From a virus (Duplodnaviria; Caudoviricetes): a DNA stretch of 39,531 nucleotides. The DNA is taken from positions 1 through 39,531 of the IMG/VR virus record IMGVR_UViG_3300035492_000154; one strand, written 5' to 3'. The translations under genes and the position numbers were made by a program. Below the pieces are notes generated by a model. It was given only the letters and a program-made list of their open reading frames with translations, was not told where the DNA came from and did no database searches. Positions within the stretch are counted from its first letter, which is position 1. The number at the start of each line of letters is the position of its first letter. Below, piece by piece: positions 15,661-24,918 of this stretch.

Positions 15661-15960
15661 ATGAGCAAGTACGCCAACTTCATGAGCGAAGATCGCCGCC
15701 TGGTGATCCTGCGCATCCTGGCAGAGATGCCGACCTATCGGGCCAATAGCTCGGTACTGCATACCGCCCTGCAGCAGTGGGGGCACGAACCAAGCCGCGA
15801 CCAGGTACGCACCGAGCTGCGCTGGCTGGAAGAGCAGCAGCTTTTAACGCTTGAAGTCGTGTCGAACAGCGACGTGCTGCTTGCAACGCTGACCGAGCGT
15901 GGTGGTGAAGTCGCTGCCGGCCGGGCCCGAGTGGACGGCGTAAAACGGCCGGGGCCTTAA
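15661..15960 (+). CDS. Mu gp26-like winged-helix protein
   Basis: EDRRLVILRIL...SRDQVRTELRWLEEQ...LTERG...GVKRP signature. Confidence 0.8.
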   Translation: MSKYANFMSEDRRLVILRILAEMPTYRANSSVLHTALQQWGHEPSRDQVRTELRWLEEQQLLTLEVVSNSDVLLATLTERGGEVAAGRARVDGVKRPGP

Positions 15961-15963
15961 CCT

Positions 15964-16512
15964 ATGGGCCGCAAGTCGAGCATCGACCGGCTAGATCCGG
16001 CAGTCCGCACGCACATCGAGAAGCGCCTGCGCGAGCGGCGACTGACCCTGGACGAGCTGATCGAGGATCTGCACGAGCACTTCCCCAGCGCGGAAAAGCC
16101 CAGCCGCTCGGCGATTGGCCGCTACAAGGTCAGCTTCGACGAGATGGCCAAGCGGCTGCGCGAGCAGCAGGCCATGGCCAGCCTGCTGGTCGAGGAGCTG
16201 GGCGAGAACCCCAACGACAAGGCCGGCGCGCTGATGGTGCAGTCGATCCAGACCCTGACCACGCACGCCGCGCTGGGCGCGCAGATCGACGACGAAACCA
16301 CCATCGACGACGTGCGCAAGCTGGCGCGCGCCGCCAAGGATGTGCTGCAGGCCAGCAAGGCCAGCCGCGAGGAGCGCAAGGCGATCGAGCGTGAAGCCCG
16401 CGAAGCACTGCTGGCCGAGCAGGAGCAGCGTCTGGAAGAGATGCGTGGCAGCGATGGCATGAGCGAACAGCTTGAAGACCGCATCCGCCGCATTCTGCTG
16501 GGGAAGGCCTGA
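15964..16512 (+). CDS. Terminase small subunit (Mu gp27 / DUF3486)
   Basis: MGRKSSIDRL...SRSAIGRY; immediately upstream of the large terminase. Confidence 0.85.
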   Translation: MGRKSSIDRLDPAVRTHIEKRLRERRLTLDELIEDLHEHFPSAEKPSRSAIGRYKVSFDEMAKRLREQQAMASLLVEELGENPNDKAGALMVQSIQTLTTHAALGAQIDDETTIDDVRKLARAAKDVLQASKASREERKAIEREAREALLAEQEQRLEEMRGSDGMSEQLEDRIRRILLGKA

Positions 16513-16513
16513 C

Positions 16514-18169
16514 ATGAGCCAGGACAAGCCCCTCAAGGCGATCACCGCACCGCGCAAGATCGACCTCGCCGAGGAGATGGAGCTGCATGGCGTCGACGTG
16601 CCCCAGGACATCGCCGAGGCCGTACCGGGCAGCGATGCGGTGTTCCTGCCGTACCAGCAGCGCTGGTTCGAGGATCAGGCGCCGATCATGATCGCGGAGA
16701 AAAGCCGCCGCACCGGCCTGACCTGGGCCGAAGCCGGGCGCAACGTTATCAACGCCGCCAAGCCGCGGCGCCGTGGCGGCTGCCACACCTTCTACGTGGG
16801 CAGCAAGCAGGAGATGGCGCTGGAGTACATCGCCGCCTGCGCGCTGTTCGCCAAGGCCTTCAACGAGCTGGCCCAGGCCGACGTGTACGAGCAGACGTTC
16901 TGGGACGAGGGCAAGAAGGAAGAGATCCTCACCTACATGATCCGCTTCCCGAAGTCGGGGCGGAAAATCCAGGCGCTGAGCAGCCGGCCGAGCAACCTGC
17001 GCGGCCTGCAGGGCGATGTGGTGATCGACGAGGCGGCGTTCCACGAGAGCCTGGAAGAGCTGCTGAAAGCTGCCCTGGCGCTGAACATGTGGGGCAACAA
17101 GGTGCGCGTGATCAGCACGCACAACGGCGTGGACAACCCCTTCAACACTTACATCCAGGACTCCCGCGAAGGCCGCAAGGACTACAGCGTCCACCGCATC
17201 ACCCTGGACGATGCCATCGCCGAGGGCCTGTACAAACGCATCTGCTACGTCACCGGTCAGGAGTGGTCGCCCGAGGCCGAGAAGGCCTGGCGCGATGGCC
17301 TGTACAAGAACGCCCCCAACATCGAGTCGGCCGAGGAAGAGTACGGCTGCGTACCGAAGAAGAGCGGCGGCGCCTACCTGAGCCGCGTGCTGATCGAAGC
17401 GGCGATGGTCGCCGACCGCTCGATCCGCATCTACCGCTACGAGGCGCCGCAGGGCTTCGAGGAGTGGACGCCGGAACACCGCGAGGCCGAGGTGCGCGCC
17501 TGGTGTGAGGAGAACCTGCAGCCCGAGCTGGCCCGCCTGAGCGACCGCAACCGCCACACCTTCGGTGAAGACTTCGCCCGCCGTGGCGACCTCACTGTAT
17601 TCACCCCGCTGCAGATCGACCCGCTGCTGCGCAAGCGTGTGCCGTTCCAGGTTGAGCTGCGCAACCTCACCTACGAGGCGCAGCGGCAGGTGATGTTCTA
17701 CATCTGCGATCGCCTGCCGCGCCTGACCGGCCTGGCGTTCGACGCCACCGGCAACGGTGGGTACCTGGCCGAACAGGCCGCGCTGAAGTACGGCAGCACC
17801 ATGGTCGACCAGGTGGCGCTGTCGCTGGCCTGGTACGCCGAGTGGATGCCCAAGCTCAAGGGCGAGTTCGAGGCGTTCAACCTGCAGATCCCGCGGCACC
17901 AGACCACGCTCGATGACCTGCTGTCGATCAAGGTCGAGAAAGGCGTTCCGGTGATCGACAAGGGCCGCACCAAGGATCTGGAGAGCACCAGCTCGAAGGC
18001 CAAGCGCCACGGCGACTCGGCCATCTCCCTGGCCATGGCCGTGCGGGCGAGCTTCATGCAGGGCGGCATCATCGAGGCGACCATGCTGCCTCGCCATAGT
18101 CGCGGCTTCGACAACGTGGCCAACGAAGACGACGACATCCAATTACCGGAGCCAAGCACATCATGGTGA
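16514..18169 (+). CDS. Terminase large subunit (Mu gp28-like)
   Basis: LPYQQRW, EKSRRTGLTW (Walker A), VVIDEAAF (Walker B), ISTHNG, DATGNG, HGDSA nuclease motifs. Confidence 0.92.
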   Translation: MSQDKPLKAITAPRKIDLAEEMELHGVDVPQDIAEAVPGSDAVFLPYQQRWFEDQAPIMIAEKSRRTGLTWAEAGRNVINAAKPRRRGGCHTFYVGSKQEMALEYIAACALFAKAFNELAQADVYEQTFWDEGKKEEILTYMIRFPKSGRKIQALSSRPSNLRGLQGDVVIDEAAFHESLEELLKAALALNMWGNKVRVISTHNGVDNPFNTYIQDSREGRKDYSVHRITLDDAIAEGLYKRICYVTGQEWSPEAEKAWRDGLYKNAPNIESAEEEYGCVPKKSGGAYLSRVLIEAAMVADRSIRIYRYEAPQGFEEWTPEHREAEVRAWCEENLQPELARLSDRNRHTFGEDFARRGDLTVFTPLQIDPLLRKRVPFQVELRNLTYEAQRQVMFYICDRLPRLTGLAFDATGNGGYLAEQAALKYGSTMVDQVALSLAWYAEWMPKLKGEFEAFNLQIPRHQTTLDDLLSIKVEKGVPVIDKGRTKDLESTSSKAKRHGDSAISLAMAVRASFMQGGIIEATMLPRHSRGFDNVANEDDDIQLPEPSTSW

Positions 18170-19734
18170 CCACATCCCGCATCCTGGGCCCCGATGGCCA
18201 GCCGATCCGCCTGGCCGAGATCCGCGAGCCGCAGACCGCCCACCTGACCAGCCTGCACCACGAGGTGGGCAACCATCCCTCGCGCGGCCTGACGCCCAGC
18301 CGCCTGGCGGCGCTGCTCGATGCCGCCGAGCAAGGCGATATCGTCGCGCAGTACGAGTTGTTCGAGGACATCGAGGAGAAGGACGGCCATGTGTTCGCCG
18401 AGATGGACAAGCGCCGCCGCGCTGTCTCCCAGCTGGAGTGGCAGATCGTCCCGCCCGACAACCCCACCGCCAAGGAGAAAGAAGCCGCCGCAGCCCTGGA
18501 GAGCCTGCTGGCCGGGCTGGATGACTTCGAGGCGATGCTGTTCGACGTGACCGACGCCATCGGCAAGGGCTTTGCCTGCCTGGAGTTCGACGGCTGGCAC
18601 CGCGTAGACGGTGACTGGCTGCCGCGCGCCATCGATCACCGGCCGCAGACCTGGTTCCAGCTCACCCGTGGCGAACGCCGCCAGGAGATTCGCCTGCGCG
18701 GCTCTGCAGGCGGCGAGCCGCTGCAGCCGTATGGCTGGATCACCCACATCCACAAGGCCAAGAGCGGCTACCTGGAGCGCAGCGCGCTGATGCGCGTGCT
18801 GGTGTGGCCGTACCTGTTCAAGAACTACAGCGTGGGCGACCTGGCCGAGTTCCTCGAGATCTACGGCATCCCGATGCGCGTGGGTAAATACCCAGGTGGC
18901 GCCACCGAGAAGGAGAAGCTGACGCTGCTGCGCGCCCTGGCCCAGCTCGGCCACAGCGCTGCAGGCATCATCCCGATCGGCATGGAGATGCAGTTCCTCA
19001 ACGCGGCCCAGGGCGATCCGGCTGCGTTCAAGCTGATGATAGACTGGTGCGAGCGCACCCAGTCCAAGGTGATCCTGGGCGGCACGCTCACCAGCGGTAC
19101 CGGCGAAGGCACCAACACCAACGCCCTGGGCAACGTGCACAACGAGGTGCGCCTCGACCTGCGCGACTCCGACGCCAAGCAGCTGGCCGCTACGATCAGC
19201 CGTGACCTGGTGTACCCGATCGCCGTGCTCAACGGCCTGGCCGACAGCTGGAAGCGCTGCCCGCGCCTGGTGTTCCCCACCGAGGAACCGGAGGATCTGA
19301 AGGCCTACGCCGACTCGCTGCCGCAGTTGGTCAAGCTGGGCTTCAGGATTCCGCGCCAGTGGGCCCAGGAGAAAGTGGGCATCCCCGAGCCTTCCGAGAA
19401 AGAGGACGTGCTGCAGCTGCAGGCCGAAGCATCGGCGCCGACCGAGCCCGAGCCGCCTGCAGGCGTTGCGGTGGCCACCGCACAACAGAAGCCGGCCACC
19501 ACCGCAGCCCAGCGCCTGGACGATGACCTGCAGCCGATCACCGGCCAGTGGATCACGCGCATCCGCCAGCTGGTGGAACAGGCCGAGAGCCTGGAGCAGA
19601 TCCGCGATGGCTTGGCCGAGCTGCTGCCGGACATGACCCTGGAGCAGTACGCCGAGGCCATGGCGCAGGCGCTGGCCGCTGCAGCGCTGCAGGGGCGCCT
19701 GGATATCGTCCAGGAGGCCGCCAATGGCCGTTAG
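18163..19734 (+). CDS. Portal protein (Mu gp29 / DUF935)
   Basis: EFLEIYGIPMRVGKYP, SKVILGGTLTS and ALGNVHNEVR motifs. Confidence 0.92.
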   Translation: MVTTSRILGPDGQPIRLAEIREPQTAHLTSLHHEVGNHPSRGLTPSRLAALLDAAEQGDIVAQYELFEDIEEKDGHVFAEMDKRRRAVSQLEWQIVPPDNPTAKEKEAAAALESLLAGLDDFEAMLFDVTDAIGKGFACLEFDGWHRVDGDWLPRAIDHRPQTWFQLTRGERRQEIRLRGSAGGEPLQPYGWITHIHKAKSGYLERSALMRVLVWPYLFKNYSVGDLAEFLEIYGIPMRVGKYPGGATEKEKLTLLRALAQLGHSAAGIIPIGMEMQFLNAAQGDPAAFKLMIDWCERTQSKVILGGTLTSGTGEGTNTNALGNVHNEVRLDLRDSDAKQLAATISRDLVYPIAVLNGLADSWKRCPRLVFPTEEPEDLKAYADSLPQLVKLGFRIPRQWAQEKVGIPEPSEKEDVLQLQAEASAPTEPEPPAGVAVATAQQKPATTAAQRLDDDLQPITGQWITRIRQLVEQAESLEQIRDGLAELLPDMTLEQYAEAMAQALAAAALQGRLDIVQEAANGR

Positions 19735-20953
19735 CGCCACGTCGCTGCCGTTCCGCGAGCAGAACGAGTTCCTGCGCCGCAAGCTGAACCTGCCCACCAA
19801 CGGCTGGACGGACGTGTACGGCCGCGAGAACGACTATGCGTTCGTGGTGGCCGGCGCCAACCGCAACGACCTGGTGGCGGATTTTCACCAGGCTGTGCAG
19901 CGGGCGATCGAGGGCGGCACCACCATGGAGCAGTTCCGCCAGGACTTCGACCGCATCGTGGCCAAGTACGGCTGGAGCTACAACGGCGGCCGCAACTGGC
20001 GCTCGCGGGTGATCTACGAAACCAACATGCGCAGCAGCTACATGGCCGGCCGCTATGAGCAGCTGCTGGCCGTGCGCGAGGAGCGCCCTTACTGGCAGTA
20101 CCTGCACAGCGATGCGGTGGAGTACCCACGCGAGGAGCACGAGGCCTGGAACGGCATGGTGCTGCGCTGGGATGACCCGTGGTGGCAGTACCACTTCCCG
20201 ATCAACGCCTGGGGCTGCCAGTGCAGCGTGCGGGCGCTGAGCTATGACGACCTGGTGCGCATGGGTAAGACCGGGCCGGACACAGCGCCGCCGATCGTCT
20301 TCGAGCAGCGCACCATCGGCCAGCGCAGCCCCCAAGGCCCGCGCACGGTGACGGTGCCCGTGGGCATCGATCCCGGCTTCGAGCACATCCCCGGCCAGTC
20401 ACGGCTGGCCAGCCAGGTGCCGGTACCGCGTCAGGGTGAGGAGCTGATCCCATCTGCAACGCCCGGCCTGCCGAACCGCCCGGCACCGGATGCGCTGCCG
20501 GTACCGCGTGTGGTCGATCCCGCGAGCCTGCCGCCTGCAGGCATGACCGATGCCGAGTACGCCCGCCGCGCGCTCGATGCCTTCGGCGCGCAGCTCAATG
20601 CCGCCGAGCTTCTCACCGACGTCCTGGGCGAGCGCATCGCTGTTGGCCCGAGCATGTTCCAGGAGCCCAGCGGCGCACCGGCCGTGCAGGGTCAGGGCGA
20701 GCTGCTGCCGCTGCTGGCGGAAACGCTGTTGCAGCCAGACGAAATCTGGACGCGCCTGGAGTACTCCGAACCGCTGCGCAAATCCCAGGTGCTGCGCCGC
20801 TACCTCGGCCGCTTCAACCTGGGCCAGCAGCTGACGCAGCTGGTGGTCATCGAGCTGGCCGGCAACGCCTGGAGCTGGGATATCGAGGCAGACCGCGAAG
20901 GCCTGGCCGAGCTGCTGCGCCAGGGCGTGCGCCTGTACCGGCGCGAGGACTGA
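19724..20953 (+). CDS. MuF (gp30) head morphogenesis protein with C-terminal extension (PBECR-like)
   Basis: IYETNMRSSYMAGR, PREEHEAWNG, PINAWGCQC; C-terminal LAETLLQPDEIW...RRYL domain. Confidence 0.85.
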   Translation: MAVSATSLPFREQNEFLRRKLNLPTNGWTDVYGRENDYAFVVAGANRNDLVADFHQAVQRAIEGGTTMEQFRQDFDRIVAKYGWSYNGGRNWRSRVIYETNMRSSYMAGRYEQLLAVREERPYWQYLHSDAVEYPREEHEAWNGMVLRWDDPWWQYHFPINAWGCQCSVRALSYDDLVRMGKTGPDTAPPIVFEQRTIGQRSPQGPRTVTVPVGIDPGFEHIPGQSRLASQVPVPRQGEELIPSATPGLPNRPAPDALPVPRVVDPASLPPAGMTDAEYARRALDAFGAQLNAAELLTDVLGERIAVGPSMFQEPSGAPAVQGQGELLPLLAETLLQPDEIWTRLEYSEPLRKSQVLRRYLGRFNLGQQLTQLVVIELAGNAWSWDIEADREGLAELLRQGVRLYRRED

Positions 20954-20955
20954 TC

Positions 20956-21519
20956 ATGGCGGGCGCTACGCTTGAGTTCGATGCGGTTGCCGCGCTGGCG
21001 GTGGTCAACGAGGCCGCCGCCGCGCTGGCCGACCCGACGCCGATGCTGCGCGATATCGGTGAGTACCTGCTGATCGCCCATGACCAGCGCTTTGCCAGCC
21101 AGGCTTCACCGGACGGCACGCCGTGGCAGGCGCTGTCGCCGGCCTACCTCAAGCGCAAGAAGAAGAACCGCGACAAGATCCTGGTGCTCGATGGCTTCCT
21201 GAAGAACACCCTGCGTTACCAGGTGAACAACAACGAGCTGCTGTTCGGCACCAACCGCATCTACGGCGCCATGATGCACTTCGGCGGCAGCATCGATATC
21301 GCCGCCCGCAGTCAGCAGGCCTACTTTCGCCAGGACGGCAAAACCGGCGACGTGGGCAACCAGTTCGTCAGCAAGCGCAAGAGCAACTTCGCCCAGTGGG
21401 TCACCATCGGTGCCTACACCATCCAGATCCCGGCACGGCCGTGGTTGGGTATCAGCGACGACGACAACTACGCCATCGCCGGCATCGCCACCCGTTACCT
21501 GATGCCAAATTCCGCATAA
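20956..21519 (+). CDS. Mu G (gp31) virion morphogenesis protein
   Basis: RFASQASPDGTPWQALSP, GTNRIYGAMMHFGG, IPARPWLG. Confidence 0.88.
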   Translation: MAGATLEFDAVAALAVVNEAAAALADPTPMLRDIGEYLLIAHDQRFASQASPDGTPWQALSPAYLKRKKKNRDKILVLDGFLKNTLRYQVNNNELLFGTNRIYGAMMHFGGSIDIAARSQQAYFRQDGKTGDVGNQFVSKRKSNFAQWVTIGAYTIQIPARPWLGISDDDNYAIAGIATRYLMPNSA

Positions 21520-21615
21520 CGCCAAAACGCGCCAGGAAGGCCCCTGGAGGCGTTTGGGGGCTGCCGTTGTATGCACTCGCGCGCCTCGGGGCCTTTCTGG
21601 CGCGTTTTGGGCGTT
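21518..21615. repeat. Long imperfect inverted repeat in the G-I intergenic region
   Basis: AACGCCAAAACGCGCCAGGAAGGCCCC..GAGGCG (21518-21552) pairs with CGCCTCGGGGCCTTTCTGGCGCGTTTTGGGCGTT (21582-21615). Confidence 0.8.
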
Positions 21616-21695
21616 TATAAACACGCTGGCGCCACTTGCCACGACACGGGTCGGCGTGTTTTCGTAAAAAGGCCTGCATTTCCCGCCTTGCGACT

Positions 21696-21740
21696 TTTTC
21701 GGCTAGCCGAAAAGACCGTCGCGCGATACCGCCTCAATCT
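21696..21740 (+). promoter_or_regulatory. Activator-dependent late promoter 2 (head/tail operon)
   Basis: Same palindrome at 21696-21713 (24 bp identical to 13352-13375), 21-bp spacer, CAATCT hexamer. Confidence 0.78.
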
Positions 21741-21746
21741 GGCGGT

Positions 21747-22853
21747 ATGAAGACCAAACGCCTCCCTCTCGCCGTTGCACTCGCCGCCTGCAGTTTCGTA
21801 CTGGGGGCGCCCGCTGCCGACAACACCATCTGGGTTCAGGTGACCCCGGCTGGCCATTTCCTGCCGGCTGATGGTCGCGAGATCAAGGTGCCGTCCTGGC
21901 ATATCAACCAGGCGGTGGCCACCAAGGTCATCGAGCGCTTCCACGCTCGCAAGAACAAGCGCGTGGTCGACTACGAACACCAGACCCTGCTCAAGGAAGA
22001 GAACGGCCAGCCTGCTCCAGCTGCAGGCTGGTATCAGGCCCTGGAGTGGCGTGAAGGCGAAGGCCTGTTCGCCCAGGTGCAACTGACCGCCCGCGCCGCG
22101 CAGTACATCGCCGAGGGCGAGTACCAGTATTTCTCCCCCGTGTTCCTTTACCACCCGACCACCGGCGACGTCCTGGACGTGCAGATGGGCGCGCTCACCA
22201 ATGCCCCGGCAATCGACGGCATGCAGGAACTCAGCCTGCGCGCCGCCGCGTCGTTCGGCTGTTTCGATGACTCCCCAGAGGAAAACCCCGTGAACCCACT
22301 GCTGCTGGCGGTCTGTGCCGCGCTCGGCCTGCAGGCCGATAAAACCACCGAAGAGCAGGCCATCGCCGCGCTCACTGCATTCAACAACGACCTGCGCAAG
22401 CTGCTGGGTGAAGGCGAGGCCTCTGATGGCAAGGCCGTCCTGGCAGCCTGCACCGGCCTGAAGGCCAAGGCCTCTGCCAGCGTCGACCCGGCGCAGTTCG
22501 TGCCGCTCTCGGTCGTCGACGGGCTGAAAGCCGAGATGGCCGCCCTGACCGCCCGCCTGGGCGAACGCGACGAGAAGGATCTCGACAGCCAGATCACCGC
22601 CGCCCTGGAAGACGGTCGCCTGCACAAGACCATGGAGGATTGGGCGCGCGAACTCGGCAAGAGCAACCGCGCCGCCCTGACTGCCTACCTGGACAAGGCG
22701 CAACCCATCGCGGCCATCGCCGGTAGCCAGACCCAGGGCAAGCCCCCGGTGGCGGACGAGAAAACCGGTCTGACCCAGGAAGAGCTGGCTGTTTGCTCGG
22801 CCATGGGCCTGACCGCCGAGCAATTCAAGGCCGCCAAGGCCGAGGAGCAATAA
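21747..22853 (+). CDS. Prohead protease I (Mu gp32-like)
   Basis: VVDYEHQTL, PAPAAGW, EYQYFSPVF and ALTNAPAIDGM motifs; start refined to 21747. Confidence 0.9.
   Translation: MKTKRLPLAVALAACSFVLGAPAADNTIWVQVTPAGHFLPADGREIKVPSWHINQAVATKVIERFHARKNKRVVDYEHQTLLKEENGQPAPAAGWYQALEWREGEGLFAQVQLTARAAQYIAEGEYQYFSPVFLYHPTTGDVLDVQMGALTNAPAIDGMQELSLRAAASFGCFDDSPEENPVNPLLLAVCAALGLQADKTTEEQAIAALTAFNNDLRKLLGEGEASDGKAVLAACTGLKAKASASVDPAQFVPLSVVDGLKAEMAALTARLGERDEKDLDSQITAALEDGRLHKTMEDWARELGKSNRAALTAYLDKAQPIAAIAGSQTQGKPPVADEKTGLTQEELAVCSAMGLTAEQFKAAKAEEQ
22290..22853 (+). CDS. Scaffolding protein Z (in-frame internal start within protease I)
   Basis: GAGGA RBS at 22278-22282 and in-frame GTG at 22290; same arrangement as Mu I/Z. 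Confidence 0.65.
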   Translation: MNPLLLAVCAALGLQADKTTEEQAIAALTAFNNDLRKLLGEGEASDGKAVLAACTGLKAKASASVDPAQFVPLSVVDGLKAEMAALTARLGERDEKDLDSQITAALEDGRLHKTMEDWARELGKSNRAALTAYLDKAQPIAAIAGSQTQGKPPVADEKTGLTQEELAVCSAMGLTAEQFKAAKAEEQ

Positions 22854-22856
22854 GCC

Positions 22857-23264
22857 ATGACCGCGCTGACCAAAGACCGCAACACCAAGCGCCGTGATGG
22901 CGTGCAGTACTCCGACCCGGTAGCCGCCAGCACCAAGATTTTTGCCGGCGCCCTGGTGTGCATCAACGCCTCGGGTTTCGCCGTGCCGGGCAGCACCTCC
23001 GCCACCCTGAAAGCCCGTGGGGTTGCACAGGAGTACGTCGACAACTCCGCCGGTGCCGCCGGTGATCTGCGCGTGGAAACCCGCCGTGGCGAGTTCCCGT
23101 TCGTCAACAGCGCCTCGGCCGACGAGATCACCCGTGCCGATATCGGCGCCAACGCCTACATCGTCGACGACCAGACGGTCGCCAAGACCTCCGCCACCAA
23201 CACCCGCTCGGTTGCCGGCGTTATCCGCGATGTGGATAGCGATGGCGTCTGGGTCGAGATCTAA
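22857..23264 (+). CDS. Putative capsid decoration/cement protein
   Basis: Between protease and capsid genes; small beta-rich protein ending GVWVEI. Confidence 0.65.
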   Translation: MTALTKDRNTKRRDGVQYSDPVAASTKIFAGALVCINASGFAVPGSTSATLKARGVAQEYVDNSAGAAGDLRVETRRGEFPFVNSASADEITRADIGANAYIVDDQTVAKTSATNTRSVAGVIRDVDSDGVWVEI

Positions 23265-23278
23265 GGAGCAAGACTCAG

Positions 23279-24172
23279 ATGATCATCAACAAGCAAAACC
23301 TTTCCATCCTGCACACCGGCTATAAGGCGTCGTTCCAAGGCGCATTTCAGGGCGCGGTGATCGACTATGACCAGATCGTGATGGAAGTGCAGTCCGGCAC
23401 CGCCATCGAAACCTACGGCTGGCTGGGCGCTACCACCCGCTTCCGTGAGTGGCTGGGCGACCGCGTGATCCAGAACCTGGCGCTGCATGACTACAGCATC
23501 AAGAACAAGACCTTCGAGAACACCGTGGGCGTGCCCCGCGAGGCGATCGAGGACGATCAGTACGGCACCTACAACACCCTGATGGCGCAACTGGGCCAGG
23601 ACGCCAAGGAGCACCCGGCCGAGCTGGTTTATGCCCATCTGAAAAACGGTTTCACCGGCAAGTGCTACGACGGCCAGTTCTTCTTCGATACCGACCATCC
23701 GGTGATCGGCGCCAACGGCCAGGAAACGTCGGTGAGCAACTTCCAGGGTGGTAGCGGTACGGCGTGGTTCCTGCTGGACGTCACTCGCATGATGCGGCCG
23801 ATCATCCTGCAGAAGCGCAAGAACTATCAGTTCGTTTCCAAGACCGGCGAGACCGACTCCAACGTGTTCGACCGCAAGGAGTTCGTGTGGGGTGTGGATG
23901 CCCGCCTGAACGTCGGTTACGGCCTGTGGCAGCTGGCCTACGCCTCCAAGGAAGCACTGGATGCCGACAGCTTCAACGCGGCCTATGCCGCCATGCAGGA
24001 ACTCAAGGGCGACAACGCACGCCCGCTGGGTATCCGTCCGAAGCTGCTGGTAGTGCCGCCAAGCATGCGTGCTACTGCCCTGGAAGTGGTCAAGGCCGAG
24101 CGCAACGCGGCCGGCGCCACCAACATCAACCGCGACGTGGTCGACGTGCTCGTCACCCCGTGGCTGGCCTAA
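23279..24172 (+). CDS. Major capsid protein (Mu gpT family)
   Basis: YGWLG...REWLGDRVIQNL, CYDGQFFFDTDHPV, GYGLWQLAY, LGIRPKLLVVPP. Confidence 0.93.
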   Translation: MIINKQNLSILHTGYKASFQGAFQGAVIDYDQIVMEVQSGTAIETYGWLGATTRFREWLGDRVIQNLALHDYSIKNKTFENTVGVPREAIEDDQYGTYNTLMAQLGQDAKEHPAELVYAHLKNGFTGKCYDGQFFFDTDHPVIGANGQETSVSNFQGGSGTAWFLLDVTRMMRPIILQKRKNYQFVSKTGETDSNVFDRKEFVWGVDARLNVGYGLWQLAYASKEALDADSFNAAYAAMQELKGDNARPLGIRPKLLVVPPSMRATALEVVKAERNAAGATNINRDVVDVLVTPWLA

Positions 24173-24183
24173 CGGGGTGATGC

Positions 24184-24915
24184 ATGGCTAATAAATCGAC
24201 CACCAAGGCGCCTGCGAAGGCGCCCACCAAGAGCGCAGAAAAGGCGGCCGCAGTGGCTGCCCCTGCGGCCGCCGAACAGCTGGACAACCAGCCGGCGGCA
24301 CCTACCAAGAGCGAGGCACCCGGCTCGGACGCCGGTTCGAGCGGGCAGGAAGCCCACCCTGTCGTGATCCTGGGCGGTGATGAGATTGGCGCGTATCTGG
24401 CCAAGCTCAAAGCCGCTGGGGAGAACCTGGGCGACCTGATCCCGCTGTCGCAGCTCGATGAGCCGCTGCTGCGCCAGGTCGGCCAGTTCGTCGAGATCGA
24501 GGGCTTTGCCGAGTTGCCGCCTGAGCAACTGGCTATGCAGATCGAGGCCAAGGTGGGTATCGGCGCAGCGGTTACGCCTGCGCCGTCCACTGGCGACCCT
24601 GATACCGCCCCGGCCGCGCCTGATACGGCGGCCGCCACCAGCCAACCGGCATCTGCCGCGCCCCAGGCGTCTGTGGGCGATGCCGCTGTACCTGGTGCCG
24701 ATCAGTTGGACGACGACGGCGAGATCGAAGGGCTGTGGGTGGTGGCGATTCCCGAACAGGGCTTCCGCCGCTGCGGCTTCCGCTTCACCCGCGAGGGCTT
24801 CGGCATCGCCCTGGACGCCCTGACGGCCGAGCAGATCGAGCAGCTGGAGAACGAGCCCAACCTCAAAGTCGAGCGCTCGTATTTCTCCGGGCGCCTCGGC
24901 GAGCGCGTGTACTGA
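24184..24915 (+). CDS. Mu gp35/HI1506-like protein with Ala/Pro-rich linkers
   Basis: C-terminal GFRRCGFRF...LTAEQIEQLENEPNLKV; position after the capsid gene. Confidence 0.7.
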   Translation: MANKSTTKAPAKAPTKSAEKAAAVAAPAAAEQLDNQPAAPTKSEAPGSDAGSSGQEAHPVVILGGDEIGAYLAKLKAAGENLGDLIPLSQLDEPLLRQVGQFVEIEGFAELPPEQLAMQIEAKVGIGAAVTPAPSTGDPDTAPAAPDTAAATSQPASAAPQASVGDAAVPGADQLDDDGEIEGLWVVAIPEQGFRRCGFRFTREGFGIALDALTAEQIEQLENEPNLKVERSYFSGRLGERVY

Positions 24916-24918
24916 CCC

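Noticed and set aside
16130-19800. Very long minus-strand ORFs (670 aa and 700 aa) opposite the terminase and portal genes
   Set aside because: Antisense shadows of high-GC3 genes: no RBS or recognisable motif, and the plus-strand genes carry all family signatures.
21520-21746. Anti-CRISPR/aca locus at the usual G-I position
   Set aside because: Only 227 bp, with no credible ORF or HTH aca gene.
24170-24186. Capsid stop read-through or frameshift fusion to the downstream gene
   Set aside because: The downstream gene is in a different frame, no canonical slippery heptamer precedes the stop, and it has its own SD and ATG.
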